A DNA stretch of 64,000 bases from Candidatus Nealsonbacteria bacterium. GTDB taxonomy: Bacteria > Patescibacteriota > Minisyncoccia > Minisyncoccales > UBA6532. Position 1 is the first letter of the stretch. The number at the start of each line of letters is the position of its first letter. The translations under genes and the position numbers were made by a program. Of this stretch, positions 56,383-64,000 are shown piece after piece. Where the stretch lies: assembly GCA_016186485.1 (NCBI GenBank), contig JACPLN010000008.1, positions 8,673 through 72,672 on the forward strand, in the 5' to 3' direction. Under the pieces are notes generated by a model. That model searched no databases. It had not been told where the DNA came from and worked only from the letters and a program-made list of their open reading frames with translations.

Positions 56383-56742
56383 TTATAAAATAATTTCTTT
56401 TGCTCTTTCAAAGTTCTTTTCTTCAACTAAGAGATAATTTGTTTCGTAGGTTGAAATATTGAAAACGCTGATTCCGTTTTCCGCCAACGGTTTTGTCAGA
56501 GAAGCGATTATCCCCACGGAATAGATATCGGCGACGCTTTCCAGCTTAAAAGCCCTCCAGTCTTTTTCAAATAAAACGCCGCCCGGAATCTTTTCTTGAG
56601 GATAAACAATGGACAGCTCCTGGCTAGTCCGGGTAATCGAGAAAAAATCTCCCTCCAGAGCCCAATCTGGAATCGGGCTGTTTTTGTCAAAATGGCAAAT
56701 GCCCAATTTTTCCGGCAATATTGAAAGTTTAATTTTCTCCAT
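56383..56742 (-). CDS. ACT-domain protein (ACT_7/CASTOR-like)
   Basis: FSITRT.QELSIV, VGIIASLT.PLAENGISVFNISTYETNYLLV. Confidence 0.88.
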   Translation of the reverse strand: MEKIKLSILPEKLGICHFDKNSPIPDWALEGDFFSITRTSQELSIVYPQEKIPGGVLFEKDWRAFKLESVADIYSVGIIASLTKPLAENGISVFNISTYETNYLLVEEKNFERAKEIIL

Positions 56743-56794
56743 ATTATTTAATGGTTATTAATAAATTATTAATATCCAACGACTTTATTATATT

Positions 56795-57098
56795 CTATTG
56801 ATGTGGATGGGCAAGTTTTTCTTTGACGGCAAATTCTTTCTGAAAATTCTTTGAAATATATTCGGGCACAATTCCCAAATCTAAATACTTTTTTTGAATA
56901 TCTGGCGGCAAATACTTAAAATCACGAATGCGTCCTCGGCAACTTTTACTACCGCATTGGCAATCCATTCCCCAATCATCCTCATCCATTGTCGTAGAAT
57001 AATCAAAAGTTATTTCACCCCTTATCGAAATTCTTAGCAGTAAAAATTCCTTTAGCATTTTGGGTATTTTTAACTACGAGAATTTTTTCGCTTTCCAT
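56795..57098 (-). pseudogene. SET-domain gene with internal deletion/frameshift
   Basis: Frame 1 reads MESEKILVVKNTQNAKGIFTAKNFDKG*; frame 2 reads GEITFDYSTTM...CQCGSKSCRG (post-SET); the NHSC core is absent. Confidence 0.75.
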
Positions 57099-57157
57099 GT
57101 ATAATTCGCTACAATTATAAAAAACGACTCAAATTAGTGAGTCGCTTTATTTTCTTC

Positions 57158-57838
57158 TTATTTCTTTTTCTTCTTTTTAAGAACTATCTTGCCGTCTAGT
57201 ATGTCTTTTTTTAAAGTCGCGTCTTCTCGTTTTAGCATAATTTCTTGATGACCGACATGCGTGCCATTTTCGTCAACGACTTCGACGAGACGGGTGTAGT
57301 ATGGCGCATCGTAGCAGTCTCCGCTCTTCAAAATCTGTTCTGTTTCGTAGGCGGTGTTAACTCTCCTCTTATATTCGTCTTTAATATCCTCAAATACTCC
57401 GCTTACTCCAAGACCCAGCCCTCGCACCTCCTGAGAAGCATACGTTAACGCCTCAACTGTGGCAGCGTAAAGCCAGTATCGAAATTCTTGGGTCCATTCA
57501 CCATTTTCCACCTTTACCTGCGGAACTCTCTGAATAAATCTGGTAAACGCGTAGTTGAACTCTCCGAGATACGCGCCCTGGTAGCCGTACTTCTCGCCCA
57601 CTTCGTAAATTGCCAAAGCAAGATTAGATTCAGAACTATCTTTAATTTCCTTGGACCCCGATAAACGATCTGCTAATGAATGCGCAACATCAAGAAAAAT
57701 AGATTTGTATACCTCAATCAAAGACAGGTTATCGCTTATCCCTCCCGCCGCTTCTTCTGCTAAAACCTCTACGGCTTTATCAAGAACTTCCCTATCCGTT
57801 GACTTCCCATCAGTCTTTTTACTAGGAACGTATGGCAT
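57158..57838 (-). CDS. Hypothetical protein (MPYV...GEFNY...K.EY.RR...YE motif, phage-like)
   Basis: 226-aa ORF; the motif resembles small phage proteins. Confidence 0.65.
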   Translation of the reverse strand: MPYVPSKKTDGKSTDREVLDKAVEVLAEEAAGGISDNLSLIEVYKSIFLDVAHSLADRLSGSKEIKDSSESNLALAIYEVGEKYGYQGAYLGEFNYAFTRFIQRVPQVKVENGEWTQEFRYWLYAATVEALTYASQEVRGLGLGVSGVFEDIKDEYKRRVNTAYETEQILKSGDCYDAPYYTRLVEVVDENGTHVGHQEIMLKREDATLKKDILDGKIVLKKKKKK

Positions 57839-57925
57839 TTATTTTTTCCCCCTTATAAAGGTATTATTGCACTTTTTGGGTGATTTTGCCAAAGCGAGTT
57901 TGAGGCACATGGGTCAAAAAGATTA

Positions 57926-58261
57926 TTAAATTTTCGTGATCTTTTTAATAATTGAACCTTCAAATAGTCGGAAGCACAATCTTTTTTCTTTCTTATATAG
58001 CCAAGGGGCACCGATAAGTTGATGACATTTTTTACATATTAGCTTTGGAATTTTCTTGAGAGAGAATTTTTCAAGTTCGGTGAGGCTTTCTGGGGCGAAA
58101 ATCCTATCTAGGTACATTCGTTTGAGTGGACCCGGCCCATCTTTTTGGTATAAAGCAACGAAGTTGCCACAATTCTCGCAGTTTATTTTCAGTAAACGCG
58201 AGTAACCTCCTCGCGATTTCCTGTACTTATCTTGTTTGAGTTTCCTCACTTTTCGAACCAT
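57926..58261 (-). CDS. Hypothetical zinc-ribbon protein
   Basis: CENC...YQKDGPGPLKRMYLDRI...CKKC. Confidence 0.75.
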   Translation of the reverse strand: MVRKVRKLKQDKYRKSRGGYSRLLKINCENCGNFVALYQKDGPGPLKRMYLDRIFAPESLTELEKFSLKKIPKLICKKCHQLIGAPWLYKKEKRLCFRLFEGSIIKKITKI

Positions 58262-58383
58262 GTAAATCGCTTGATAAAAATAATGTAAACGTAATACATT
58301 GTGATGGCGAAACGTAATAATTTCTTTCAGAAATTAAACGTTTCAGCAGCGTTTAAATTTTTCTTGAAAAATTTATTAAGCTG

Positions 58384-58465
58384 CGGAGGGTGTGGGAGTC
58401 GAACCCACAAGTCCTTGCGGACGCTGGTTCTCCAAACCAGTGCCATACCATTAGGCGAACCCTCC
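58384..58465 (-). tRNA. tRNA-Ser(GGA)
   Basis: GGAGGGT/ACCCTCC, CTGGT-TTGGAGA-ACCAG, variable arm GTCC-GCAA-GGAC. Confidence 0.9.
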
Positions 58466-58501
58466 ATTATGTCCCTTTGATTCTATCGGATAAGCTGCCT
58501 T

Positions 58502-58951
58502 TCACACTACACGCACTCTATTATGATGGCCAAATAATTTTTGATCAATATACCAAATTTCAACTGGCTTAACAAGATAAAAGATGTGGTCAGAAGCAAA
58601 TTCATCTACCCACTTAAAACGTTTTTTATAAAGCGCGTAAACTGAGGGGTAATATTTTTTTGAAACTTTTGACGCCTTACCGGTTATTTGAAGTCCCTTT
58701 ATGGTGCCGTCAGCGTTTTTCCAATCATGGTTAATAACTACGGAGACAAAAGGATTTCTTTTTAGATGCTGACAATGCTTCGTATCTGGACGCGAATAAA
58801 AAATAAGGTTGAATTCCTTGTCAAATGCGTAAAACACCGTAGCTGCCCAGGGTTTATTATTCGCTGCGGTTCCCAGGGCCATTAAGCGATTTTTACCTAA
58901 GTACCGAAGAACCATCTTCTTTATAGTTTCTTTTTTAGAAATCTTTTTCAT
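58502..58951 (-). CDS. Pyridoxamine 5'-phosphate oxidase-like FMN-binding protein
   Basis: MALGT....PWAATVFY, S.PDTKH...L..NP.VSV, GLQITG; the track start lies inside a tRNA, so it was moved to MKKIS. Confidence 0.85.
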   Translation of the reverse strand: MKKISKKETIKKMVLRYLGKNRLMALGTAANNKPWAATVFYAFDKEFNLIFYSRPDTKHCQHLKRNPFVSVVINHDWKNADGTIKGLQITGKASKVSKKYYPSVYALYKKRFKWVDEFASDHIFYLVKPVEIWYIDQKLFGHHNRVRVV

Positions 58952-58971
58952 TAGTAGTTTCTTTTTTGTCT

Positions 58972-59046
58972 TGGTGGCCCCAACGGGAGTCGAACCCGTG
59001 TTTTGGCCTTGAAGGGGCCGCGTCCTAACCATTAGACGATGGGGCC
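58972..59046 (-). tRNA. tRNA-Glu(UUC)
   Basis: GGCCCCA/TGGGGCC, GGCC-CCTTCAA-GGCC, encoded CCA; position 33 is C. Confidence 0.85.
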
Positions 59047-59111
59047 GTTTAAGTTAGTAAATGATAGCTATTTTGATTGAAAAAGGCAACTTTTTAAGCT
59101 AAATTATACTT

Positions 59112-60257
59112 ATGAAGATTTTAGCCGTTGAAACGTCTTGCGACGAAACAGGAATTGCTATTTTAGACAACCTCAACATCTTAAGCAATGTTGTGGCTTC
59201 GCAAGTTAAGATACATCGGAAATACGGAGGAGTCTATCCTGCCCTGGCAAAAAGGGAACACCAGCGCAATCTTGTTCCTGTTTTGGGGCAATCTTTATCA
59301 GAGGCAAGATTGCTAAAATTAAAACTCAAAACTAAAAACTCAAAAGTAAAAGTCAAAAGTCAAAAGTTAAAGAAAATCTTGGAAAGGGAACCGGAATTGT
59401 ATGTACGCTTGGAAAACTTTTTAACAAAATACGAGAAGCCGGATGTCGATGTTATTGCCGTAACGGTAGGGCCAGGTTTGGAACCGTGCCTATGGGTGGG
59501 AGTGAACTTTGCCAGGGCCTTAGCTTACTTTTGGGATTTAAAAATAATTCCGGTGGACCACATGGAGGGGCACATTTACGCCAATTTTGTTGGCTCAAAT
59601 CCGAAAAATGTTTTTCCGGCAATGTGTTTAACCGTTTCCGGGGGACATACCCAATTGGTATTTATGAAAGGGCACGGAAAATTCAAAATTATAGGAGAAA
59701 CCAGGGATGACGCTGCCGGAGAGTGTTTTGATAAAACAGCCAGGATTTTGGGACTGGAATACCCGGGAGGACCCGCCGTCGCCGCTGCTGCGGCTCTGGC
59801 GGGCAAGCCTGCCATTACTATTAAGCTGCCGAGGCCTATGATAAACAGCAAAGATTACGATTTCAGCTTCTCTGGGCTAAAAACTGCCGTTCTGTATGAT
59901 TTTCAAAAAAGGCCGGGGAATGTGAAAAAATCAAAAAAGTATATTAGGGCAATGGCAGCCGAAATCCAGCAAGCGGCGATTGATGTTTTAATTAAAAAGA
60001 CAATTAAAGCGGCCAAAAACTATAAGGCAAAATCCGTTCTTTTGGGCGGAGGAGTCGCCGCAAACAAAGAGCTTAGAATGCAGCTGGCCAGGAAAATTAA
60101 GAAAGAAATACCAAACGCTAAATACCACATACCGAATGCCTTGCTTTGCACCGACAACGGCGCAATGATTGGAGCGGCAGGGTATTTCAGATCGCTGCAA
60201 AGAAAATTTGCGCCCTGGAAAAAGATTGAAGCCAATGCCAACTTAAGGTTAGAATAA
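59112..60257 (+). CDS. tsaD: tRNA t6A synthase TsaD
   Basis: ETSCDET, GPGL, HMEGH, SGGHT, DDAAGECFDK, FSFSGLKT, TDNGAMI. Confidence 0.97.
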   Translation: MKILAVETSCDETGIAILDNLNILSNVVASQVKIHRKYGGVYPALAKREHQRNLVPVLGQSLSEARLLKLKLKTKNSKVKVKSQKLKKILEREPELYVRLENFLTKYEKPDVDVIAVTVGPGLEPCLWVGVNFARALAYFWDLKIIPVDHMEGHIYANFVGSNPKNVFPAMCLTVSGGHTQLVFMKGHGKFKIIGETRDDAAGECFDKTARILGLEYPGGPAVAAAAALAGKPAITIKLPRPMINSKDYDFSFSGLKTAVLYDFQKRPGNVKKSKKYIRAMAAEIQQAAIDVLIKKTIKAAKNYKAKSVLLGGGVAANKELRMQLARKIKKEIPNAKYHIPNALLCTDNGAMIGAAGYFRSLQRKFAPWKKIEANANLRLE

Positions 60258-60263
60258 GATTGT

Positions 60264-62329
60264 ATGGAGCTTTCCAAGGCATATGAACCAAAACAGGTTG
60301 AAGATAAGATTTACGCTTTCTGGCGGAAGCTTGGTTTTTTTAATCCAGACCACGCAAAGCCTCGCTCTGATCTTGCACGTAGCAGGCAAACTTATAGTAT
60401 CGTTTTGCCGCCTCCTAACATTACCGGGTCTTTGCATATGGGGCATGCCCTTAATGCGACGATACAAGACATTTTAATAAGGCGGAAAAGAATGATGGGC
60501 TTTAAAACCCTCTGGCTGCCGGGCACAGACCACGCCGGCATTGCCACCCAAAACGTAGTTGAAAAGGAATTGAAAAAAGAGGGAATAACCCGTTTTGATT
60601 TGGGCAAGGAAAAATTCATTGAAAGAGTTTGGGTCTGGAGGGAAAAATACGGAAATATCATTTTAGACCAGTTGAAAAAAATGGGGGTGAGCTGCGACTG
60701 GTCAAGAATCAGATTTACCCTGGACAAAGATTACTCCAAAGCGGTAGATGCCGCTTTTTTGCATTACTATAAAAAAGGCTGGATTTACCAGGGAGAAAGA
60801 ACTGTCAACTGGTGTCCTAGGTGCCAGACCTCTCTTTCCGACCTTGAAGTTGAATACAAAGAAGAGCAAGGCTTCCTCTATTATATTAAATACGGCCCCA
60901 TGACCGTTGCTACCGTAAGGCCGGAAACTAAACTTGGCGATACCGCCGTTGCCGTGAACCCCAAAGACGAAAGATACAAAAAATACATTGGCAAAACCAT
61001 TAACATTAAAACAGTTCTGGGCCCGGCAAAAATGAAAGTTATCGGAGACGAATCGGTTGACATGAAATTCGGGACGGGGGCGGTGAAAGTGACTCCGGCT
61101 CACGACTTACACGACTTTGAGTTAGGAGAAAAGCACGGCCTTGAGAAAAAACAGGTCATAGGGCAAAACGGCAGAATGACAAAGTTAGCGGGGAAATACG
61201 AGGGAATAACGGTTAACGAGGCCAGAGAAAAAATAGTAGAGGATATGAAAAAAATAGGCATACTGGAAAAAATGGAGCCCTACCGCCACAATATTGCCCG
61301 CTGCTACCGGTGCAGCGCGGTATTGGAACCGATTCTCTCAAAACAATGGTTCCTGAAAATGCCAGAACTCGCAAAAATAGCTATTAAAGCGGTGAGAATC
61401 GGCAAGGTAAAATTTGTCCCGAAAAGATGGGAAAAAGTTTACTTTAACTGGCTAAATGATGTTAGGGACTGGTGCATTTCCCGCCAGCTCTGGTGGGGAC
61501 ACAAAATTCCTCTGGAAGGAGTTGACGACGTCTTAGACACCTGGTTTAGTTCGGCTTTGTGGCCGTTTGCCACTCTCGGATGGCCCAAGAGCACTAAAGA
61601 TCTAAAAGAATTTTATCCAACCAGCGTCCTTTCCACTGACCGAGGAATTGTAAACCTCTGGGTGGCAAGGATGATTTTCTCAGGATTGGAGTTTATGAAA
61701 AAAGAGCCATTTAAAACAGTATTTGTTCACCCAACCGTTCTTACCAAAGAAGGGCAAAGGATGTCAAAATCTTTAGGGACAGGGATTGACCCTTTGGGGC
61801 TTATTGAAAAATACGGCGCGGACGCAACGAGATTCGGCATTGCCTGGCAGTTAACGGGCCTGCAAGACATAAAATTCACAGAGGACAACATAGTGATGGG
61901 AAGGAAATTCTGTAACAAAGTGTGGAACGCAGCGAGATTTGTTCTTCAACAAATCTCCAACCCAAAAGTCAAAACTCAAAACTACAACCTAAAACTAAAA
62001 ACTTAGCTGGCGCAGACAAAAAAATCCTGGCAGGGCTGAATAAGGCAATAAAGTCCGTAGGTAAAGACTTGGAGAATTTTCAATTCGGAAAAGCGGCGCA
62101 AACTCTGTATAATTTCTTTTGGCATGATTTTTGCGATAAATACCTCGAGCAAAGCAAATCCCAGATTACGAATCCCAGATCCCAAAAAGCGACCCAAAAA
62201 ACTTTATTGTACGTATTGCTAAAATCTTTAATGCTGCTTCATCCATTTATACCGTTTATCACAGAAGAAATTTATCAAACACTGCCGGTCAAAAACAAAA
62301 AGAAATCTATAATGATTGAAAAATTATGA
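60264..62329 (+). CDS. valS: Valyl-tRNA synthetase, split by a frameshift near 61950-62005
   Basis: PPPNITGSLHMGH, DWCISRQLWWGH and RMSKS in frame 1 (stop 62006); anticodon-binding domain (FFWHDFCDKYLE, LLHPFIPFITEEIY) in the -1 frame to 62329. Confidence 0.93.
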
Positions 62330-63045
62330 ATTATCTTTTATACGTTGCCCTGGGTTTTCTGCCCAGTTTAATTTGGTTAAGCATTTATTTAAGGAAAGAT
62401 TCGCACCCGGAATCCAACTTAATGATTCTGAAAATTTTTGCTTTTGGAATGCTGGTTACTGCCCCAGCCGTACTTTTAGAAATAGGTTTCTTTGAAGAGC
62501 TGAAAAAACTGTCTTTGCCGAGCTTGTTAACAATCTTTATGTATTCAATTTTTGGGGTAGCGCTTATTGAAGAAGGGTTAAAATACCTAATAGTTAAGGA
62601 AAGGGTTCTAAAAAACCCGGAGTTTGATGAACCCATTGACGCCATGCTTTATATGATTATTGTCGCTTTGGGTTTTGCTGCGGTTGAAAACGTACTGATT
62701 ATTTTCAATTTCGGGAAAAATTCCCTCTCTTCATTCATTTTCAGTATTGCCATTCTGCGCTTTGTGGGGGCCACCTTCCTGCACACCCTTTCTTCCGGAA
62801 CAATAGGATACTTTTTAGCCAGATCCCTGTTTTTACCCAAAAGAAAATTAACCTATATGGCTTCAGGATTCGCGATTGCCGTTATCTTGCACGGCCTTTA
62901 TAACTTTTCTATAATAACAGCAGACGGATACTCAAAGGCATTGATTCCGATGGCAATTTTAACAAGCTTGGCATTTTTTTTAACCTGGGGTTTCAATGAT
63001 CTTAAAAGGTTAAAAAGCGTCTGCCAGCCATTTATTAAAAAATAA
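62326..63045 (+). CDS. PrsW-family intramembrane protease
   Basis: EEGLK, FDEPIDA, GFAAVEN, H...HGLYN. Confidence 0.92.
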   Translation: MNYLLYVALGFLPSLIWLSIYLRKDSHPESNLMILKIFAFGMLVTAPAVLLEIGFFEELKKLSLPSLLTIFMYSIFGVALIEEGLKYLIVKERVLKNPEFDEPIDAMLYMIIVALGFAAVENVLIIFNFGKNSLSSFIFSIAILRFVGATFLHTLSSGTIGYFLARSLFLPKRKLTYMASGFAIAVILHGLYNFSIITADGYSKALIPMAILTSLAFFLTWGFNDLKRLKSVCQPFIKK

Positions 63046-63046
63046 C

Positions 63047-63553
63047 ATGTCTTTTCTTGATAAACTAAAACAGAATATCGCTTTTCAGGAAACCAAAAAG
63101 GAAGGAGGAATAAAAAAGCCCAAAAACCAGCCGAAAGCTAAAACGGCAAAGCAGACAGAGAAAAATATGAAGATAAAAAAAGAAGTGGTCCAATCCTATC
63201 TTCGGGTTCAATCAGACGGGCAACTGGCAATAGATGTCTATGAAACGGAAAACGAATTTATCATCCGGTCTGCAATAGCGGGAATTAAAACCGATGATCT
63301 GGATATTTCTATTGAAAACGGAATTGTGGCAATAAGAGGAAACAGGGTTAGGCCTGATAGCGAAAACCCAGCAAAATATATATACCAAGAATGCTACTGG
63401 GGCCCTTTTTCAAGGCAAGTTATGCTGCCAGAAGAGGTTGATAACTTAAAAGCCGAAGCCTCTATGAAAAACGGCGTTTTTGTATTGAAGATTCCAAAAC
63501 TTAAAAAGAAAACCACAAAGAAAATTGTGATTAAAGAAGAAATCTCCGAATAG
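63047..63553 (+). CDS. Hsp20/alpha-crystallin small heat-shock protein
   Basis: GQLAIDVYET, QECYWGPFSR, ASMKNGVFVLKIPK. Confidence 0.92.
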   Translation: MSFLDKLKQNIAFQETKKEGGIKKPKNQPKAKTAKQTEKNMKIKKEVVQSYLRVQSDGQLAIDVYETENEFIIRSAIAGIKTDDLDISIENGIVAIRGNRVRPDSENPAKYIYQECYWGPFSRQVMLPEEVDNLKAEASMKNGVFVLKIPKLKKKTTKKIVIKEEISE

Positions 63554-63557
63554 CGAG

Positions 63558-63639
63558 TGCTCCCGGCAGGATTTGGACCTGCAACCCTTTCGGGACAGCG
63601 TCCTAAGCGCTGCGCGTATACCAGTTCCGCCACGGGAGC
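63558..63639 (-). tRNA. tRNA-Leu(UAG)
   Basis: GCTCCCG/CGGGAGC, CAGCG-CTTAGGA-CGCTG, variable arm CCC-GAAA-GGG. Confidence 0.9.
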
Positions 63640-63734
63640 TGAATGCAACCCTATCTTAAATCTTTTTCTAAACAAAAGCAACCGAACGCTCAAACCATGG
63701 GCGCTCAGCTGCTATAACTGAAATAATCCCTTTT

Positions 63735-64000
63735 TTAAGCCCCCGGGGTTACAATTTTTTGCACTAAACTAATCAGACCCTTTGACAACAAAGCGACAAT
63801 CACTCCAATAAGAGCGTAAAGCACAAAATCCCTTGCTGATTTTACTTTTTCCGGGTCTCCTTGGGCAGTAACGAAATTGAAAGCGGCAAACAGTATGAAC
63901 AGCCCGGCTACTGATAAAAGCAATGTAAAGGCCCAGTTAGTAATGTTTGTTAATGAAGCAACAACGTCTATATCTGTAGGCCCTGATGCTGCCGCTGCGG
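63735..64000 (-). CDS. TrbC/VirB2-like pilin (5' end outside window)
   Basis: F....F.FVTAQGDPEKVKSAR..V.YALIG two-TM pilin pattern; frame open to the window edge. Confidence 0.75.
   Translation of the reverse strand, partial: AAAASGPTDIDVVASLTNITNWAFTLLLSVAGLFILFAAFNFVTAQGDPEKVKSARDFVLYALIGVIVALLSKGLISLVQKIVTPGA

Noticed and set aside
57015..57025. UGA recoding (genetic code 25)
   Set aside because: TGA terminates conserved genes such as rpsG, rpoD and sufC at expected positions, and the SET break also needs a frameshift
48331..58300. Intact prophage
   Set aside because: No integrase, terminase, capsid or tail genes; core rpoD and dnaG lie within the interval

Overview
Bacterial chromosomal window using genetic code 11 (TGA is used as a stop, e.g. 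rpsG). Gene content, scarce Shine-Dalgarno sites and short palindromic repeat families suggest a CPR/Patescibacteria (Parcubacteria-like) genome; this is an inference. Housekeeping blocks: rpsL-rpsG-fusA-(small ORF)-tuf, rpmB, ndk, ftsH, rluA-rplS, dnaG-rpoD, tsaD-valS-prsW-hsp20. There are 11 intact tRNA genes, including a rare tRNA-Ile(UAU), and a probable compact 6S RNA. An Rrf2-sufCBDSU operon continues into nickel superoxide dismutase (sodN), its protease (sodX) and a SufT-like gene. A copper/heavy-metal island carries two P1B-ATPases, one with an atypical CAD motif. Several ORFan-rich accessory blocks are present. The most striking unexplained structures are: (1) two independent cassettes of promoter, tRNA 5' fragment, free-standing endonuclease gene and intact tRNA (LAGLIDADG-like at tRNA-Val, GIY-YIG at tRNA-Asn); (2) a family of tiny CCCCGTAG...CTACGGGG elements with target-site duplications, one apparently in frame inside ribosomal protein L28; (3) a second GC-rich palindrome family found inside a tRNA fragment and in frame in proteins; (4) heptamer-repeat tracts in coding regions, one coinciding with a frameshift in valS. 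All protein calls come from motif recognition by eye; no database searches were run.
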